Source: an uncultured Holophagales bacterium (GTDB taxonomy: Bacteria > Acidobacteriota > Thermoanaerobaculia > Multivoradales > UBA5704). Taken from it: a stretch of DNA of 64,000 nt. Below the pieces are notes generated by a model, which had not been told where the DNA came from, did not search any database, and saw only the letters and a list, made by a program, of their open reading frames with translations. Location of the stretch: assembly GCA_963842525.1 (NCBI GenBank), contig CAWJGT010000009.1, positions 1,600,001-1,664,000 of the forward strand, read 5' to 3'. Below, in pieces: positions 60,693-64,000 of this stretch; the first letter of the stretch is position 1, and each line of letters begins with the position of its first letter. A program made the position numbers and the translations under genes.

Positions 60693-62756
60693 TCACACCC
60701 CTGCGCCAGAAATCTTCTCCCCCTCTTTCAGCCGCTCCTGGGCTGCCCTGCGTACCCCCTCCGCGATATCGAGGAACGCCTCGTCACGATTGGGCCAAGT
60801 TGTCACAGGCCTACCGTCTTTAGGCAGCACCTGCACCTCAGCCAGTGGTGTTACCTTCCACTCCGAAGGACGCAGAATCACCGGAATGACTCTGGCTTGT
60901 CCCTTCTCGTGCAGTGACAGAGCAAGTTTCCATTCATCCTGACAATGATCCGAAGTTATGGAATCAGGGCTTACCAACAAAAGAACGATATCGGAGTTAT
61001 CCAACTGTCTACTGATCTCCTTCGACCAAGAGTCTCCCGGAATCATGCTCTCATCATACCAAATCTTGATCAGACCTTCCCTTTCAAGCTGTGTCAGAAA
61101 CGCCCTCATCTCCTTCTGTAGCAATTTGTCCTCACGGCTGTAGGAAATAAAGAGCCTGAGGGCTTCCTCGCCGCTTTTGGTTTCGCGCGACCAGCCAACT
61201 CCACCTGCAGCGAGTATCATCAAAAGCGTTGCCACACTTACTCCTAGGGTGCCCTGCAACCAGCTAGGGCTTTGCAAAGAGAATACGGCGAGCGGCAGAA
61301 GTATGGAGACAAGAGAAGCCACCAGGGCTGCGAGAATGCCTTGCCGCCAAATGGTTTGAGCCAGGACATATGCCACGGGCACTGCAGAGATGAAACCGAA
61401 ATAGGATGGCGCCCAAGGTGAAATCAAAGAAATGAGAAGAGCGGCAAGGATGACAGTCGCCAGATGGCTCCGTACGGCGGGAATTGACCTCTTTATGCCG
61501 TCTGCCAGGACCACACAGGCGAGTGGCAGTAGGACATCGATGAAGGCGGTCCGGTTATCGGTCCAGTTATAAAGGGATACGCTTAGACTTTCTGGATGGG
61601 CTCCAGGTGTTGTCACTGCGATTGTCGCAAGGATTAGTCTCACTCCTCCGAGGCCTGCACCTATCGCAAAACCCACCAGGCATTGTCTGGCTTCAGGATG
61701 ATGAAAACGGCCTTGCCGCAGAGAGTCTAGCCTATAAAAGAATCCGCTCGCCGAGCGCCGCATGAGAGATTCCCCGCTCGCCCAGAAAAAGAAAAGAAGA
61801 GCAGCAAAGTAGATGGCGCTGACGGAAGCCGCAATGACGTGAACTAAGTTCCCTCCTCTCTCGCTTGTCATGAAGAAGCTGACTATGACGCTTAAGACCC
61901 CGAGGATGAGCCCATTCGCAGTCGACAATCGCCCCCGTATAGCCAAGAGCAAGAACAAGCTAGCTGAGGCGAAGATGGAAAGGGATGGTATAATCCACAA
62001 TCGAAGAAAGTTTCCCGACGAGATGGCGTCGATCTCGCCGCGGGCATTTTGTACCGTCCCGACGCTTCTTACACAAGACGACGCAGGGCCTGCTGCGAGA
62101 GAATAGGTAAACTGAGGAAGCTGACCGCCGCCTATCGAAGAGGCATCGATTCGGGTAGTAACGAGCCGTGCACCGGGTATTGGATGAAGAATGTCACCTT
62201 TCCAAATACATAGTTCCTTGACCATTTGGGAGATGGGGCGACGAAGCCCACCGGAAGTCTCGTCAGTACCTGGTCCTAGCAACTGCCTTGGGGCCCAAAT
62301 TGCGGACCATGGTCTCCCATCCAGGGAAAATGTGACTGACAGCCAGGCTTCCCTGTCGGTGCCTTGGTCCACCAATTGGGAAATGTCCACCATCAAGGGG
62401 CGTTGCTGCTTGACGATCCAGTCGCTCGCCTCTCCTCCCAAAAGCGAACGAATATAGTTATAGTCCTTCATACGGGAACCGAGGCCAGCTCTCGCACTTT
62501 GGGGGACCGGCACGAATCCTGCCTGAGTCACGAGATCTCGATATCGGTCGAGAAAGAACTCCCTTTCGGGTATTTTCTCGATACGCCATTCCGGAACCCA
62601 CATGCGAACACACGGAAGTGCCAGAAAGAAGAGTGCCAGCCCGCCGATGATCCATAGGAGGACAGTATGCAACTCACTACGCGAGTCCGGCGAAGGCTTA
62701 GTGGTCACGCAAGGAGCCTCATGGTGGTGGTCGGGCGACAAACCTGCTCTGACCAT
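60693..62756 (-). CDS. Multi-pass membrane protein with C-terminal TIR domain
   Basis: N-terminal TM, about 200-aa soluble loop, roughly 8-9 hydrophobic segments, then LFISYSREDK...IWYD...IVLLLVSPD...CQDEW...VIPVIL. Start codon uncertain. Confidence 0.85.
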   Translation of the reverse strand: MVRAGLSPDHHHEAPCVTTKPSPDSRSELHTVLLWIIGGLALFFLALPCVRMWVPEWRIEKIPEREFFLDRYRDLVTQAGFVPVPQSARAGLGSRMKDYNYIRSLLGGEASDWIVKQQRPLMVDISQLVDQGTDREAWLSVTFSLDGRPWSAIWAPRQLLGPGTDETSGGLRRPISQMVKELCIWKGDILHPIPGARLVTTRIDASSIGGGQLPQFTYSLAAGPASSCVRSVGTVQNARGEIDAISSGNFLRLWIIPSLSIFASASLFLLLAIRGRLSTANGLILGVLSVIVSFFMTSERGGNLVHVIAASVSAIYFAALLFFFWASGESLMRRSASGFFYRLDSLRQGRFHHPEARQCLVGFAIGAGLGGVRLILATIAVTTPGAHPESLSVSLYNWTDNRTAFIDVLLPLACVVLADGIKRSIPAVRSHLATVILAALLISLISPWAPSYFGFISAVPVAYVLAQTIWRQGILAALVASLVSILLPLAVFSLQSPSWLQGTLGVSVATLLMILAAGGVGWSRETKSGEEALRLFISYSREDKLLQKEMRAFLTQLEREGLIKIWYDESMIPGDSWSKEISRQLDNSDIVLLLVSPDSITSDHCQDEWKLALSLHEKGQARVIPVILRPSEWKVTPLAEVQVLPKDGRPVTTWPNRDEAFLDIAEGVRRAAQERLKEGEKISGAGV

Positions 62757-62767
62757 TATAATAGACT

Positions 62768-63664
62768 ATGCCCATACGGCCCCGGCTCACCCGGCGTACC
62801 TTTGCACTGGGTCTCCTTTCGCTGGCGTGCCCCCTGGGCTTCGTCCTGTTTGCTGGCAGCCTGCTCGCCCGGCCGGTCCCGGCCCGGATCGGGAACCCTC
62901 CACCGGACCTGCGGGCCGAGGCTGTGACCATCCCCAGCCGCTCCGGCAGTGTGCTCGCGGGTTGGCTGTGCCACGCGGAGCGGCCGCGAGGTGCGGTGAT
63001 CCTGATGCACGGCGTGCGGGCGAACCGGCTCAGCCTGGTGGAGCGCGCGCGCCTGTTCCGTGCAGCGGGATACGACGTCCTGGCCTTCGATTTCCAGGCG
63101 CACGGCGAGAGCCCGGGGGAACGGATCACCTTCGGCCATCTTGAAAGCCATGACGCCGAAGCAGCTATCCACTTTGTCCGCTCCCGTTTCCCGGGCCGGC
63201 CCGTGGCCGCCGTCGGCAGCTCCCTGGGCGGCGCCGCCCTTCTCCTGGCGCCTCACCCTCTGCCGCTGGACGCGGTCGTGCTCGAGGCGGTCTATCCAAC
63301 GATCGAAGAGGCGACGGCGAATCGTCTGGCCCTCGTTTTCGGACCCTTGGGGCCGCCTCTGACGCCGCTGCTGACTCTTCAAATGGAGCCGCGGCTGGGC
63401 ATTCCTACGGCGGCTCTGCGCCCGGTCGACCACGTTGGGGACCTGGGCTGTCCGGTCTTCATCCTGTCGGGTATGGAAGATAGCCGCACTCCGCCCGAGG
63501 AGACCCGCCGCCTCTTCGCGAATGCCCGCTCACCCAAGGAGCTCTGGCTTGTGCCCGGCGCCGCCCACGTCGACCTCGCCACCTTCGCCCCGGCCGAGTA
63601 CCGGCGACGTGTGCTGGGATTTCTGGACCGCGCCTTGAGACATCGATCGCAGGCTGTTCGCTGA
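62768..63664 (+). CDS. Alpha/beta hydrolase
   Basis: MHGV, FDFQAHGES, GSSLGG nucleophile, ED and AAHVD. Confidence 0.9.
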   Translation: MPIRPRLTRRTFALGLLSLACPLGFVLFAGSLLARPVPARIGNPPPDLRAEAVTIPSRSGSVLAGWLCHAERPRGAVILMHGVRANRLSLVERARLFRAAGYDVLAFDFQAHGESPGERITFGHLESHDAEAAIHFVRSRFPGRPVAAVGSSLGGAALLLAPHPLPLDAVVLEAVYPTIEEATANRLALVFGPLGPPLTPLLTLQMEPRLGIPTAALRPVDHVGDLGCPVFILSGMEDSRTPPEETRRLFANARSPKELWLVPGAAHVDLATFAPAEYRRRVLGFLDRALRHRSQAVR

Positions 63665-63775
63665 GCCGCCGGTTTCCCCTTCGCAACTGAAAACGCTGTA
63701 TGCTGGACGTGGCTCCCCGGCGGCCTGGGGGAGGCCTGGTGCCGGCTGGTGGGAGCGCGCCGAAAGGAGGCGGGT

Positions 63776-64000
63776 ATGGGCACCAGACACTTCGGCAGAT
63801 CCTCAGCAACGCTTCGTTGGCTGGTCATGGCCGGTTTCGCTGTGCTGGCAGTGGCTCCGGCGGCGGCCCAGGACAGGGTGAGGGAACACTTCACCGCAAC
63901 CCTGGCCGTCCCGGCGTCCGCGCCCGGGCAGCCGACCACGGCCCCTGTGCACATCTACATCTACGGCTACTCCACGGACCAGGAGGTCCAGAACCTGGCC
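63776..64000 (+). CDS. Secreted hypothetical protein, 3'-truncated by the window edge
   Basis: AAAGGAGG RBS; reads MGTRHF...LAVAPAAA-QDRVREHFTAT and stays open to the end. Confidence 0.7.
   Translation, partial: MGTRHFGRSSATLRWLVMAGFAVLAVAPAAAQDRVREHFTATLAVPASAPGQPTTAPVHIYIYGYSTDQEVQNLA

Overview
High-GC bacterial DNA, most likely Acidobacteriota (Thermoanaerobaculia-like), judged from the ADOP-type permease, VWA proteins, IPTL-CTERM protein, CHAT/ECF cluster and Uma2 gene. Bases 1-32.2 kb are the 3' part of a hybrid NRPS-PKS cluster. It has C-A-T x3, KS-AT-KR-ACP-C, an AsnB-like amidotransferase, a TauD/SyrP-like dioxygenase, A-T-C-A-T-C, a permease, a carbamoyltransferase, a SAM methyltransferase and a CmlA-type diiron beta-hydroxylase. 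There is no thioesterase, and two A-domain codes match nothing I know. Next is an IS1182-family element (CTAG duplication) split by a 3374-bp four-gene TGT...ACA transposon with a 5-bp duplication. A 3' half of tRNA-Leu(UAA) at 37828-37880 looks like an attR, which would put the whole cluster on an integrated island. The right half is host-like. It holds an L,D-transpeptidase, two DinB genes, a VWA-TPR-VWA operon, a GNAT, a GAF-PP2C phosphatase, an AAA ATPase, an ECF sigma/lipoprotein-CHAT/anti-sigma/S8 cluster, M23, Uma2, DUF1801, a low-GC membrane-TIR fusion and a hydrolase. Several palindromic or tandem repeats occur, three of them translated in frame inside genes. About seven frameshifts, mostly single-base, look like long-read assembly errors. 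All assignments come from reading motifs by eye; no searches were run.
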